The notes beneath the pieces were generated by a model. It made no database searches, was not told the origin of the DNA, and worked only from the letters and a program-made list of their open reading frames with translations. A DNA stretch of 64,000 bases. Origin: Amoebidium appalachense (lineage: Eukaryota > Protista > Ichthyosporea). Shown here one piece after another: positions 13,365-33,405 of this stretch. The DNA lies in assembly GCA_963693365.1 (NCBI GenBank), contig CAVNZM010000002.1:14603615-14667614 (forward strand), in the 5' to 3' direction. The stretch's first letter is position 1. Every line of letters begins with the position of its first letter. Both the position numbers and the translations under genes were made by a program.

Positions 13365-15095
13365 ATGGCATACTACGATCAACTCGTATCTCGCTGCCCC
13401 TTTCGCATAGAGCACAGCAACGAGAAAGGCAATCACGTGGTAGCAGCACGTGACTTGCGTGCGGGAGAACTGGTTCTGGACAACCTTCCCTATGCGTCAA
13501 TACTCCAGCACTGCAACAGCGACGGTAAGAGCTTTCCTTACCTTTATTTGTGTGCTGACCCCTTCCCGTCGGCTCAAGTATGAAAGTTATAAGTTGGTGG
13601 GTCAGGTTGCTAGCATGTACCTTGGATCCTCTTTCTCCTCTCCTTCTTTTTTATTATAAATCTTTATTTTCCCTTAGGCAGCCGAAGCAGCAGCCCCCCC
13701 CCCCCCCCCCCCCTCTTCCCCCCCTCCCCTCCCCCCCCGCCTCTCCCCCCTGCCTCCCTCCCTCACCTCCCCCCCAACCGCACCCACTTTCCACCCTGCC
13801 TCCCCTCCCTCCTCCCTCTCTCCCTTCCGCCCCTTTCCTCCTCCTCCCCTCCCCCCATCCCCCTTCTCCTGAACCCCCGAGCCTGGCCTGTTGATAAATA
13901 CCACACACACACACACACACACACACCCACCCACCCACCCACCCCACACACACACACACACACACACACACCACGTGTGTTTGTATATTCCTCCATCTGG
14001 TCCCCTCCGGTGTCGACGTCTTTGTTGCTTCTGTGTACGCACAGCTGATGATTTCTCTCTTCTCTTTATGAAAAACCACATATGCGTACAATTTTGGCTC
14101 TCCGTCCCTATGTCCCTCACCAACTCCCGTGTTTGTTCTGCTGACCCCCGGCCGCCCCCGTCCCCTATCCACCCGCTGCTTTTGATTGCGATTGCATCTA
14201 TGTTCCTTGGATCCTGTCGAATTCCCACTTTCATTCTCGACTTATCAATCCTTGTCTCTCACATATCACTCCATCTTTTTATCTGCCTTTGATACTCTCG
14301 CACTTCCTTTCATATTCTGACTACCCCCACTCCACCTCCAAGCAACCCCTCCCTCCCTCCTCCCCCCCCTCCCCCCCCCCCCCCCAGCGCTCCCTTGAAG
14401 GGTAATTCTTTCAGCTTTCCCCCGACCTGAATTAATTTCCAAGCAGACAAGTGTCACCGGTGCTTCCAAAAACCCAAGTCCGGTGAAATCCTTCAGCGTT
14501 GTTCGGCATGTCGTTATGTTCGCTACTGTGGGAAGGCATGCCAAGCAGCAGACGTATGTCCCTGCCCCCTTCCCCCCCCCCTCCCCCCCCCCCCTCCGGG
14601 CATGGTTGCTCTGTGTCGTGCATCTGTAAGCACATACGCGTTTTTCGCTGCACTGCATTAGTTTGCACACACATCTTCACCGTTCTGCTCACCTTGCTTG
14701 CATAAGCAACCCTGCTCGTCTTTGATCAAGACGGGTTGACCCACCCAAGTTCAGTTGATGCTGCTGTCTGAGTTGGAGCGTCGTATATACGCGGGCTAAG
14801 GGGTCGAAACTCAGACGCAATTGATGACTTGGGCCCTCCCTGAGGATGGGCTCTGCTTATGACGCATACTGTGCGCATGGCTGATGTTGCATACTTGAAT
14901 GTTTGCCTTTGCATGTGTCCTGCACCATGCTTTTCATCGTGTATGCGTACTTCGCACTGTGTTCCGCATTCAAACCCCCCCCCCCCTCCCCCCTCCCCCC
15001 TCCCCCCTCCCCTCAGCCCCCCCCAAAAGAAAGAAAGAAAGGAAAAAAGAATAAGAAGAAGAAGAAGAAGAAGAAGGTAACGGAGAGATGTGGTG

Positions 15096-15126
<31 letters not shown>

Positions 15127-15358
15127 GGGGGGGTTGTAGGGGGAGGGGAGGGCCGGAGGGGAGGGGGGGGAGGGAAGGAAGGTTAGCGGGTTTGTTAACC
15201 ACATATAACACCCCCCCCCCCCCCCCCCCCCCCCCCCTTCTCATACACTTACACAAGGAACCATCCCAACATCCCTCCCGTACCACCCTTTGAGCGTCTC
15301 CACTCCTTCGTCTCAACTTGTGTATCCCCCACACACTCACAAACACACACACGCACAA

Positions 15359-15390
<32 letters not shown>

Positions 15391-15688
15391 ACAACAAACA
15401 CACACGTTCACGTACACACACACAGTGGAAGGAGATACACAAACTAGAGTGTCCAGGTGTGCAGAGTGTATCCTCCACGTCCATACCCGATGTAGCCTTG
15501 GATGAGCTTAGACTTCTTCACCGCTCTCTTCTGGTTCGCGCAATGGATTTGCATAGTTCCCCTTATACGGTAATAACCCCCCTTCCCTCCTTTTCCCCTC
15601 TCCCCCCCCCCCCCCCCCCCCCCCCTCCCCCCCCAAAAAAAAACTCCCCACCCACGGCCCGTACCTCTCCACTTCTGTCTGCCCGTCC

Positions 15689-15740
<52 letters not shown>

Positions 15741-16793
15741 TTCTCAATTTACATCACGTGCGCTTGAGCTCTTCTTTCAACACGCTTTCACATTCACACC
15801 TTTGTGTACATGAATGCCCATACTCACTTTGCTCTTGTAATTGCACAATCACATTGGCTGCGGTGTATTTATGATAAATACTACCCCCCCCCCCCCCCCC
15901 CCTCCCCCCCCCCCCCCCTTCCCCCACCAAAAAAAAGAAAACCAACCCCCCCCCTCCCCCCTCTGTCTGTACCGTCTTCCTTACCTGTACCACGTTCTGC
16001 CTTCTCTACTCACTGTTTCTTTCTTTTGGTGTCCCCCTGCCCCCCCCCCCCCTCCCCCCTCCCTCCGAAAAGGTAAAAAAGAAAAAAAGAAAGAAAGAAA
16101 AAAAAAAAGATACCACCATCGTTATCTGACCACCTTAAAACCCCGCATCTATCCCAAAACTGTTCTACGACGCTTGACTACGTTCATGTACCCATGCAAC
16201 CATAAACACACCCACATTCATGCAACCATAAACACACACACTCTCTCATGCAACCATAAACACACACACTCTCATGCAACCATAAACACACACACATTCA
16301 TGCAACCATAAACACACACACATTCATACAACCATAAACGCACACACTCTCATGCAACCATAAACACTCACACATTCATACAACCTTTAAAACACTCACA
16401 CTCACCCCCCTGCCCACCCCCCACATCTCCACCCAGGATAGCCCACTCTCAAGATGCACCTGGGCCGAAGTAGAAGCCATGCCCTCCCACGAGCAAGAAT
16501 TGGAGCAAACAGACCCCCACCGCTACAAGGGCAATCTTATGCTTGCGCACATGGCGGTAGACATGGCTAAGAGGGGGCTCAAGGGGAAGATGGCGCAGTA
16601 TGCACCCACACTGGACTTGGCTTGTGGCCTGCTTTGTAGAATGCAGGCAGGTCATTCCATCCTTCAACATCCCCCCCCCCCCCCCCCCCCCCCATCCCCC
16701 CCCTCCACACGCACACACACATACATATGCACATACACACGCGCGCACATGCACATGCACACACACACACACACATGCACATACATATGCACA

Positions 16794-16855
<62 letters not shown>

Positions 16856-16857
16856 CC

Positions 16858-16892
<35 letters not shown>

Positions 16893-17343
16893 GGAGAGAG
16901 GGAGAGAGGAAAGGGAGAGACACACACACAACAGTAATGGCTAATGGGAAAAAGATAATCACTACTTCCCCTTGATACACCTTTCGACAACCGGTTTTGT
17001 AGTCACCCTTGTCTCATAGTTTCTTTTCTCTTTTAACAGCAAACAGCATTGTCTTCTAAACCCTCTTGTTTGTACCCCTCACTTTCCTTTCATCACTCTC
17101 ATCTCAAACCAACTCGTTTTCCTGTTATGCCTCCCGTCCTGACATACGCAACCTAGCTTGTCCATCGTTTGTTTTTTCTTCTCCTCCTTTCCCCCCTCCC
17201 CCCTGTGTTTTACATCAATTGGAATATCTTTTTACTGTTCCTACCTCTTCCAAACTGGAAGATGCCAAACACCCACTCATTATTTTTTCCATCCAATGCA
17301 AATGCCATTGCCATCAATCACATCATTAGTAAAGATCTGACCA

Positions 17344-17376
<33 letters not shown>

Positions 17377-17546
17377 ACCACCACCACACCCCTCCCCTTC
17401 TCCCCCCCCCCCCCCCCCCCCCAACCCTCCGTTCTCTCGCTATCTCCTTCCCCCTCCCCTCCACTCCGCCTCCTCCCCTCCATCTCCCCCCCCCCCCCCC
17501 CCCCCACCCCCTCCCCCCCACCCCCCCTCCCCTCCCCTCTCTCCCC

Positions 17547-17589
<43 letters not shown>

Positions 17590-18757
17590 CTACTTCCTCC
17601 CCTTAAATCAGTGCAACAATTTCAGCATCTGGAATGACCTCTTGGTTGGGGTGGGTGCTGGTGTGTATCCTGCCGGGGCGCTACTCAACCATGCATGCAA
17701 CGGCAACTGTGTCATCACATACGACCTGAAGTCTAAAAGGTGTGTGCACGTGTTAATTCCTCCCCCGCAAATCACAAATGTTCACCCCTGAAACGTTTTT
17801 TCCTGTGAATTTGTTATGTTTTGCTACAAGTATGGGTATAACATGCATAATAAGATTACCCTGCCTTGTGAGTCCTATGTTTTGTTTCTACTTATATGTT
17901 TTCCCATTGCCCCCCCCCCCCCTCCCCCCCCCCCCCCCCCCCCCCCCCCTCCCCCCGCCTCCCTTTTGCCTTCCCCTGCACCACTCACGACCAACATGCA
18001 AAATGTGGGAGAAGTTTCCAGCAACTTAATATTTACTCAACGTCATTTTGTCTCTGCCCAATTAAGTAATAGCCCAAACTTATCTAAAAGTGACTGGCAC
18101 TCAGACATAAATATGTGTGAAGGTATTGTAGTCAATACGGCCCCATTTGGATGTTAATTCTATACACATGTGCTATACCTAAGCAAACTGCATCTGATCT
18201 ATCTCTTTTACTATCCGGTAAGACTATCTACGAGGTATCTCACTGCATGTTTTCATACATGCATTACAATACAAACCCATGCCCCGACATCCCCAAAACC
18301 CATATAAAAATGGTGGGGAAAAAACAAATCAAAACGACAAAAGTACTTGTCACTCTCTTGTTTACCACCCAGGATCTAACCCTTCTCTCTGTCTCAGACA
18401 GATGTTTCGCACGCTGCATGACGTTAAGTGTGGGGAGGAGCTCACACACTCATACATCGACCCTCTGATCCCGGTAGCCGAACGACGGGAGAATTTGAGG
18501 GTTAGTTGTGCATTCACCATCATTGAATGGGGAAAACGCCAAATATATTTAGATTTATAAATAAATAAAAGAAGAATGCAGGACAGGAAAGGAAAGATGC
18601 AGTTATGTTTTGGTCTGGGAGTGTTGAGGTTTTCACTACCGCCTGCCCCCCCCCCCCCCCCCCCCCCCCCCTCCCCTCCCCCCTCGGCGCTTTTTTTAAT
18701 GTGTTTGGTTTGCACTCTGCAACGTGTGTATGTGTACCTATTCCTTCATGGCGCATT

Positions 18758-18830
<73 letters not shown>

Positions 18831-19249
18831 AACAAAAACAAAAAAAAACCCAGAACCCTCCCATTTGAGCTTCTGCTTCTGGACTTCTGCCCTTATGCAT
18901 ACTCTGTGCGTGCTTTGCACTCCGCGTTTATGTTTTCGATTTCAAATGTGTACTTGTGTGCTGTAACACATTATAACATCCCCCCCCCCCCCCCCCCCCG
19001 GTCGGCCATTTGACCATGAAGCATGTGCCATGAAGTTTTTACATTGTTATTTGATCGTCATCGTGCCGTCTAAGGTACATGCGGAGATGTATTACACGTG
19101 CTGGAAAACCCACCTCCCTTATTCTTGCATGCTGGTTGGATGGTTTTAGACGAGGGTACACACAACTCCACTGTCGCAACACAACTTATAAAACGGCTTG
19201 GGGCAGAAAATACTTGGCGTGTGTGTATGTGTGCGGACGTGTGGGCATG

Positions 19250-19282
<33 letters not shown>

Positions 19283-19464
19283 GTATGTGCATATGTGTCC
19301 ATGTGCGTGCGTGCGAGCGCGCATGCGTGGGCGTGTGCTTGGGCACGTGTGTGTGTGTTTATGCGTGCGCGTGTGTGCATGCCTACCTGTGTGCGTGCCT
19401 GTTCGTGTGTGTGTTCGCACTCGGGTGTGTGGGTGTGTGCGTGTACATGTTTTTTTTTTTTTTT

Positions 19465-19495
<31 letters not shown>

Positions 19496-20720
19496 GGAGG
19501 TTGATATGTGCTGTGCAACATGAACATACGTGCTGTCTGACACATGCATTGTTGCTGTGCAGAAAATGTACTTCTTCGACTGCCACTGCACTGCCTGCGA
19601 GGCTGCAGATGCACCGGGCAGCAACGAGCACTTCTACTATGCAGACACTGAAGGTAAAGTTCTGGTTCCTGTTGAAATTTCAATGAAACCTCCCCCTCCC
19701 TCCCCCCCCCCCCCCCCCCCCCCCCCCTCCCCTCCCTCCTCCTGCCCCCTGTTCTCTTCCCTTTCCCGCCTGGCACTCACTTCACCGTTATTGGCCACTC
19801 CCCCCCCCCCCCCCCCCCCCCCCCCCCACCCCACCACCACCACCACCACCACCACAACCCCTCTCACCCCGTGGGGCTCGTGCGCCTGCATAATGTGTAA
19901 GCAATAATACACAAGCAGACAGGCACATTAAAGAGTGCTTATTTTGGGATTTTGGGTCTGGTTGGACTGCATGACAATCGTGTTTGAGATTGAAATCGTA
20001 CAATTTGAAACCCAAATTCGGGTTTATGGCCAAATAAAACCATTATTGTAAAGAATTGAAAATTCGGTTATGCTCTTTTTGTTTCTTCTTCTTCCTTTCA
20101 TTTCCTTTTTTTTAACCCTTCGTGGCACAGGAAACCCAGCTAAAGCCACCGCCGAGCTCACACAGGCCAGACAGTTGCACGATGAGGGACGGAACATGGC
20201 AAATCCCCCGGAAAACTGCCTGCCAATGTTGCAGATGAGCTACGAAATACGCAAAAAGGTGAGTCTGTCGTTTTTTTAATTGGGTCAAAACGTTATTGGG
20301 AGAGAAGTTGTTAAGATGAAAACGAACACGGAGCAGTTAGGGAAAAGGGTGCTTGTATGTGGTAGGGAAGAGGGCTGACTGTGTGTGTGTAGAACGTGCA
20401 GGGGATATACCACGGCACGCGTGTAAATATGGAGGAAAAGGGGGGGGGGGGGGGGGGGGGGGGGTTAGTAAGCAACTCTAGGTTTTAGTGGTCATAAGTA
20501 TTCGTTATCTCTATGGTAATCAAGATTGAAAGCCCTGGGATACAAAATGCAAATGCCCCCTTTATGAAGGTTTCATTGCTTATATGTATACATGCATGCA
20601 GTCCATTAGTGATTCATATGAAGCGCAAACATAGCAAGCCCCCAGTAATACCAGATTATTTTTCAATACTGCATCATATCCCCACCACCGCCATCACCAT
20701 CTCGACCACCACCACCACCA

Positions 20721-20772
<52 letters not shown>

Positions 20773-20790
20773 ACAGACACGCACACACAC

Positions 20791-20872
<82 letters not shown>

Positions 20873-20932
20873 TGTTCCCCCCCCCCCCCCCCCCCCCCCC
20901 CCTCCCACCCCCCACCCCCGCCCACCACCCCC

Positions 20933-20965
<33 letters not shown>

Positions 20966-21547
20966 ACCACCCCGTCTTAACCGTTAATTAACCCCTTTCA
21001 GGCGCTACACCCCCTCAACCTCGACCTTCTATCCTCTGTGTGTGGGCTTATGAACTGCTGTCTGGAGCTCAACATGGTGGCCGGGGCACTGCAGTGTGCA
21101 CGCAAGGCCGTGGAGGTCTACTCGGAGCTGTACCAAAAAAACCATCCCATGATTGGTTCGTGAAAACTCCCCCCCTCCCCCCCTTTCCCCATCTTTCCCA
21201 ACTTCCCGGTCTGTCTCTCTGGGGGCCTTTTTTCCAACGCACACAACACACACTCACACATGAACGTGCGTGCATATATTCACACCCACATACCCACGCA
21301 CACAAACTCAAACACTCACGTACATCCACTCACATGCTCATATATGCATACGCATGCATGTGCACGTGCACGCACACACACACACACAGAGAGAGAGGGG
21401 TTGCGGGAGAGTGAGAGAGGGAGCGAGGTACGCACGTACACTCACTCACAAGCACATATGAGCGCACGAGGGCATGCACACACACCTACACACACACGTG
21501 CAGAGTCCACGCTAAAGACGCACACTTAAAACTGCAAACACATGCAC

Positions 21548-21595
<48 letters not shown>

Positions 21596-22080
21596 TTTCC
21601 CCGGCCAGTTGCTCAGCCCATATACCCGCTCACACAATGCAACGTCTTTGTTCATCACACTTTTGCTAATAGCTTTCTGTATCAGTTCAGATACCGCAGC
21701 ATCAATCAATAACATTCGTCCAGAATTAAGCCACTCCGACACCTTTCTTTTTTTATATCTAACTGTGTTCCTGCACCTCTCAACCAATTAAACCTTTCTC
21801 AGGCCTGCAGAGCTACACGCAGGGAGACCTTTGCATTGAGTCTGCACAAGAGGTTGAGGCTACAGACCCACAGCTAGCAAAAAGACTCAGACAGGAGGCT
21901 GTGGAGTGCTACAGGTACACAGCTAGACACACACACACGCGCGTGCGCGTGCGCGCACAGAGAGAGAGAAAGGGGGGAGGGGGGGAGCAGGGGGGGCTGA
22001 GGGAGGGAGAGAAGGTAGGAAGGAGGGGGAGGGGGGAGAGGCAGGGAGTGGGGGGGGGGATGGGGGAGTGGGAGGGAGAG

Positions 22081-22111
<31 letters not shown>

Positions 22112-22334
22112 AAACATACACCTGAACATACACACAAGCACACACACGCACCCACACCCACGCCCGTGCATACCACAGCAAGAAAAGGTCCCACGCTGTT
22201 TACCCTCCCTACGGTGAGCTCCATTTATGTTGCCATTATTGCGTGTTGGCTTTTCCGCGTGTCTATACAACAGCATCATGTTCGTCCGTAATTCCTACTA
22301 AATATATAGTGCATCCCCCCTCTCCTCCTCTCCT

Positions 22335-22367
<33 letters not shown>

Positions 22368-22789
22368 AGGTTCTGATTATGATGCATACTTTTGGTGCAA
22401 GTATATGCCTTTTGTCTAACGTGAACGTGCACTTCGAACTCTGCCCCCTCCCCCTCCCCCCCCCCGGGACCCACCCACCCACCCACCCCCCTCCACCCCC
22501 CTCCACCCCCTCCCCCTCCCCTCCGCTCCCCTCCCCCTCCCCCCTCTCCCTTCCCCCCCCTCCCCCTCCCCCCCCCCCCCCTTTTTTTTTTTGTTTTTTT
22601 GGCTCGACGGGCAAAGGCCTGGAAATCAAAAAAAGGCCCGGACACTTTCTTTCATGCATAGTAACGCAATCTCGGCCAACACAATCATCACCCCCCAGGC
22701 GGTCCCGATCCATCCTATCCATCACCCACGGCCCAGACAACATGCTCGTGTTCGGCCTGACTGCTTCCCTGGATGAACACCAACAGTGA
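13365..22789 (+). CDS. SMYD-family (SET + MYND + C-terminal TPR-like) lysine methyltransferase, 11 coding exons
   Basis: Exons 13365-13524, 14447-14553, 15426-15569, 16437-16646 (GC donor), 17612-17739, 18398-18500, 19563-19653, 20131-20258, 21002-21155, 21803-21914, 22699-22789. [54 protein letters not shown], post-[13 protein letters not shown]. Confidence 0.92.
14728..14974 (+). mobile_element. Poly(C)-embedded interspersed element, subfamily A (longest copy; may extend 5' to ~14597)
   Basis: Near-identical to 46278-46487 and 32588-32710 (reverse strand); ends in GCATTCAAA directly followed by a C run. Confidence 0.8.
16193..16400. repeat. ~26-bp minisatellite (CATGCAACCATAAACACACACACTCT)n, about 8 units
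   Basis: Tandem copies just upstream of the SMYD exon 4 acceptor. Confidence 0.85.
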
Positions 22790-24233
22790 TTGGCTCATGA
22801 TCACATGCTGGGAATTACCGGTTGGTGAGGTTAATTGGTTTAGTATCATAGCATTCGTTTAGTGTTATGACGTAATGTCCATGTTTGTGTATGGATGCGG
22901 CTCCGTGTGCGGCAGCAAAGCGCCATATGATGTCTGGGTATCACATATGTATGTATTTGTCGTTGTCTAAAGTGTTCCAACAATCTTATTTTTTATTTTT
23001 GTTTGCTTTCCCTCCTGTGATTATATTTCTTTGAAATTCTTGTCAGGTTCCTGCTATATTCCTACTTTTGTAATAGTCTAATATGCCTTTCAGAAGGGGT
23101 TTTTTGGGGTAAAATCACGGTCTTCTGGAACACCATAGTGATGCTACCGAAGACGCAGGGTGTTACTAAAAATAGAAAGTTCATAATAGAAGTTTCGAGA
23201 CGGTTGAAACTTGCTGTGTTAGATGGGATCACGTTGAACTACAGAGATGTAAGTGAGAATAGTCGTAGTCAGTCGAATACATTACACGATTGCTGACAAA
23301 GGTTGACAAGCAGACTGTTGGGAGTTCGTGGCATGTAAAGCAATGTTTTTTTTCTTTTTCAGATGCTCTCGGAATCGAACTTCATGGGAAGGAATACAGC
23401 TGGCTGTATTCTTATAATGCCCTATGCTGTAATTGCTACGTTCTTATACCTTGATGATATGAGTTCTTCTAAATGAAACACCTTTGGTGGCGAGTGCTGA
23501 CAGTACCGTCGGACACAAGGTACAGTGGCACGTGCACCTGCACACACGTACATACACGTGCATACATAAACATATTGAGAAGGGGTGTTTTATTAGTATT
23601 ATGGGCCCATGAAACCGAGTAGCCCCATGATCAGGACTAGCCAGCTCCAACGGGGCGGGGTCGGAGGTGTGTGTGTGTGGGGGGGGGGGGGGGGAGAGGG
23701 GGGGGGTTGTGTGTGCGGTGAATGTGTGTGGGTGCATGGGTACAACACGCCCGTGTGTGTGTGCATGCATGTGTGTGTGTTTCAGCATGTGTGTTTGTAA
23801 GTTGTGTTGGCTAATTGCTTGCAGGGTCTTGTGATGATGGTACTGAGGAAGGGGGGGGGGGGGGGGGGGGGTTTACAGGTTACAGGTTACAAGACGCTAT
23901 TAGCACACATTATTACATTTACGTGACCAATTAGAACCATATCATTATTATGATTATGCCATTGGCATGGCCCCACGTCACCATAGAGAGCATGCAATTG
24001 CATGTGCATATATGCATTACTGGCAAGGATTGCCAAGATTGCTACATCCGCTATATACTTGTTCAATAATGGAGATACTATCAAATTGCCATTTCAGTAT
24101 ACAAAAGTGAAGGTGTAAACCATGTTCACAACCCAGCCACTGTGCTGGCCCATGGTTAAATTTTTTCAACGGTTGATTAAACTCGCACGTGCACACAGGT
24201 ATACGTATGAAAAGATATTATTTATACAGGTCT

Positions 24234-24292
24234 TACGCGAAATTTTATATTTCATCAGTGATACGCGAAATTTTATATTTCATCAGTGATAC
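24234..24292. repeat. 28-bp tandem duplication
   Basis: TACGCGAAATTTTATATTTCATCAGTGA occurs twice. Confidence 0.85.
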
Positions 24293-24607
24293 ATCTACTT
24301 TCCGCACCGGCCCCAAGTTTCTGGCCACATACCGGTAGCCGTGCATGGAAGGAAAGAGCCTGCCCATATGCTGCATGCATACACGGGGCGAATGCATAAA
24401 TCTGCATATTATGCTATATTTACCATAACAGCATATATTGGACGTACCATCCTAAAGGCATGCAGTCCAATAAAAGACAAATGTATATTCACGCAAACGT
24501 GAGCCAACTTGAAACACCCACACAACACCACACTCAGTATATACATATGCAAGCAAAGAGGCCCAAAAAACATAAAAATAAAATACAAAACAAACTAAAA
24601 ATTAAAT

Positions 24608-27790
<3,183 letters not shown>

Positions 27791-29043
27791 GGTGGCTGGC
27801 GCTACCTGCAACATCTGCCGGACTTAGTTGCTGAACTTTGATAATAGCTTGTAGGAAGAATGCTGGTGGTCGGCTAGCCCATTCCTAGGCTGAACAAGTC
27901 GTTGCGGTTTTCAAAGTTTCAGTGATCTCAGCTCTCCAGTTTGATCGTGTTTCCCCTAGATCGTCCAGAATAACGATGGGGTCCATTGCAAGACTCATTG
28001 ATTTTTTGAAAATTGATATGACATGATCACGGTTATCATCATCAATATCGGATTTATCAAATTATGGAAAAAATTAGCGATTGCTTTCAAAATAAAAATT
28101 AGTAGTTAAAATTGTATCTAGTATAAAGCGTATAGTAGGCCTTGATTCAGGGGTTAATATGGCTACTGAAGAATTTGAAGCCCAGGTTTCCAGAGTAAAA
28201 TTTAAATTCTGTGGCTTGGTAAATTACACTTTAGGGTGATTATGGACCATCGCGGTGGCTCACACTATTACTTGAAATGGTTATACAAAGTACATTTTGA
28301 TTGGATTAGGATTTAGTTTAGCCGTTTGGGCCAATAATGACGTGTCATCCACGCGCTGACTCGCACTGAGTGACGTATGAGCCGCTGCTGAGTTGTGCAC
28401 GCGCGTATACGGTACGCGTGTGTGCGTGTGTGCACGTCGACGTCACTGTGCAAGCACACACGTGTACCCGCATGCATGTCACACAAATGGCACACACACA
28501 CGGACAAAAATAAAGGACTCGTATAAACTGCATGATCAAGAGAGGTCTTGAACATACATACATACTGTGGCATTACATCCGAACATCGACACATCTGTCG
28601 TTGAATGATCCGGAGTGGACCTCACGTGCACGTGTACACGTACTGACGGTGTGCACGCGCTGCGATGAACTTTACCGTACGCTGCAAACGATTTTTCCTT
28701 ACACTCTCGCGACCGCGTGCATGCTTTCTGTCGCGGCGCCTCGACGGTTCGATAGAGTCCAGTGTTCGCTGAATGTGTAAGGAAAAATAAGGAGCCATCT
28801 CAGTAGGTGGCAGGATCCGGACACACACACACGTGTGATCATAGTAATTACAGACGGGAGGCCATCAGGCCGCGTGGCCATGATCATGACATGCCCGTGT
28901 AATAATGCTAAGAACACACTCACAGCAAGGTGCACACACCTTGCACACAAACAGTCACATACATTATCTTGCCTGAAAGTTGATGATTTTTAATTAATGC
29001 TATCTCCAGCTGCGAGCAACACACGTTACCCGCTTGAAATTCT

Positions 29044-29074
<31 letters not shown>

Positions 29075-29539
29075 ATGCATTGGACTTCCCCCCCCCCCCG
29101 GCCCGCCCCCCCCCCCCTTGAAATTCTTACTGTGACCATGGTGTGTGGACGTGCCCGTACCGTTCAAAAGCGAACGTCAGAGTGCATATTTTTTACCCAG
29201 ACAGACATAGAAGGATGTCTGTACCTGCCTTTGCATCCACAAGCGTGGAAGGTGTGTGCTTGTGTGCAAATTCTCGGTGTATTTATGTATTTCACAAATA
29301 GCCAGGTTAGAACTTGTGACTGTGATGTTTTGATGCAATTTGACGAAATATCGTGCAGACCGTATGTATTGTGCGATAAAGAGTGTGTATACCATTGTTA
29401 ATCAATATCATCACACATTCCTACTTTTTTTCTGTTGCTGCGGGGCAGGCTTAACCACAATAAAGTGCCGGTTCTATCATCAAACAAAAGCTGTGTATGA
29501 AAACTGTGGCTTATGGCACACTGAAAGACAGCTACCCCC

Positions 29540-29581
<42 letters not shown>

Positions 29582-29780
29582 TCCGGGAAGTCATTTGTCA
29601 TAAGCAGAAAAAAACAACACTGCAACAATAGGCCCAACACTAATAATTACCTTCCACTGATCGGGGAAGGGAGGGCTAAAAGAAAAGAAAAAAAAGAAGA
29701 AAAAAGAAAAGAAAAGAAAAAAGAAAAAGGACGAAAAGTACTAATAGATTTCCATGCACACAAACATTTTAGCATTTTAA

Positions 29781-32342
<2,562 letters not shown>

Positions 32343-32587
32343 TCAACTACACATTCATAACGGATGACACAATGCGGAGTGCAAACCACACATAAAGAGT
32401 ACGCATGATAACCAGGGGGGGAGGGGGGGAGGGGGGGGAGGGAGGGAGGGAGGGAGGAAAATAGGACGTAGGAAAATGTGCTGCATTAACACTATCATAC
32501 ACCGTTAAGACACGTAGAGCGTGGACGGGTATATAAACCACAACCATCAATAAAACAAAATAAGAGGAAGAGGGGGGGGGGGGGGGG

Positions 32588-32710
32588 TTTTGAATGCGGA
32601 ACACGGTATAAAGTACGCATACACGACGAGAAGCATGGTGCAGGACACATGCAAAGGCAAACATTCAAGTATGCAACATCAGCCATGTGCACAGTATGCG
32701 TCATAAGCAG
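32588..32710 (-). mobile_element. Poly(C)-embedded element, subfamily A, 5'-truncated
   Basis: Matches the 3' half of 14728-14974; flanked by G runs on the + strand. Confidence 0.8.
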
Positions 32711-33086
32711 GGGGGGAGGAAGGTGCCACAAAGTACGAAGTACGCACACGACGGACAACACATGCAGTTGATGCAAAGGGCAGGCAGGGAGGCCGGGGGT
32801 AGGGGGGAGGGGATTGGAAGCAACACACATCAAGTACACATTCCTAACGCATAACACAGTTCGTGCGGATATGAAACGTTTACCATACATACGTAGCATG
32901 CATCGAAAAACACCCAGGGCGCCGGGGAGGGGATCCAACGACCAATTCAAGGGGATCGGATATACAACGTGAGGTTTTGTGCTTGGATTCGGGACAGAGG
33001 GAAGACAAATAAACAAAAAAGGCCACATGGGTCAGAAACGGTGCCAAGTAGAAGGAGGGTGTGGGGGGGGGGGGGGGGGGGGGGGG

Positions 33087-33330
33087 TTTGAATGTGTCAT
33101 TATATGCGAAGTACACATGAACAACGGATAACACGATGTGGGGTGGGGGGGGGGGGGGGAGGGGGGGGGGGGGGGAAACGGGCAGAATGTGTTGGGGAGT
33201 GCAAAATACACAGCCAGGATTCAATGGACCACACCATGCAGTTTTCTCTAAGCACACACAAGATATATGCATCCTAAGTAGAGCCCATGAGGTGTGTGTG
33301 TAAGTGTGTGTGTTTGGGGGGTGGGGGTGG

Positions 33331-33405
<75 letters not shown>

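Noticed and set aside
14726-14742. TCAAGACGGGT resembles the reverse complement of a conserved LSU rRNA segment
   Set aside because: The match is only ~11 nt and does not extend; no rRNA gene is present.
14820-14895. HDV-like ribozyme in the element (CCTCCC...hairpin...GGCTGATG)
   Set aside because: Could not build P1 and P2 pairings consistent across subfamilies A and B.
28340-28930. Dense ACGT/GCAC palindromes suggesting a structured element
   Set aside because: Explained by purine-pyrimidine alternating low-complexity sequence; no defined ends or second copy seen.
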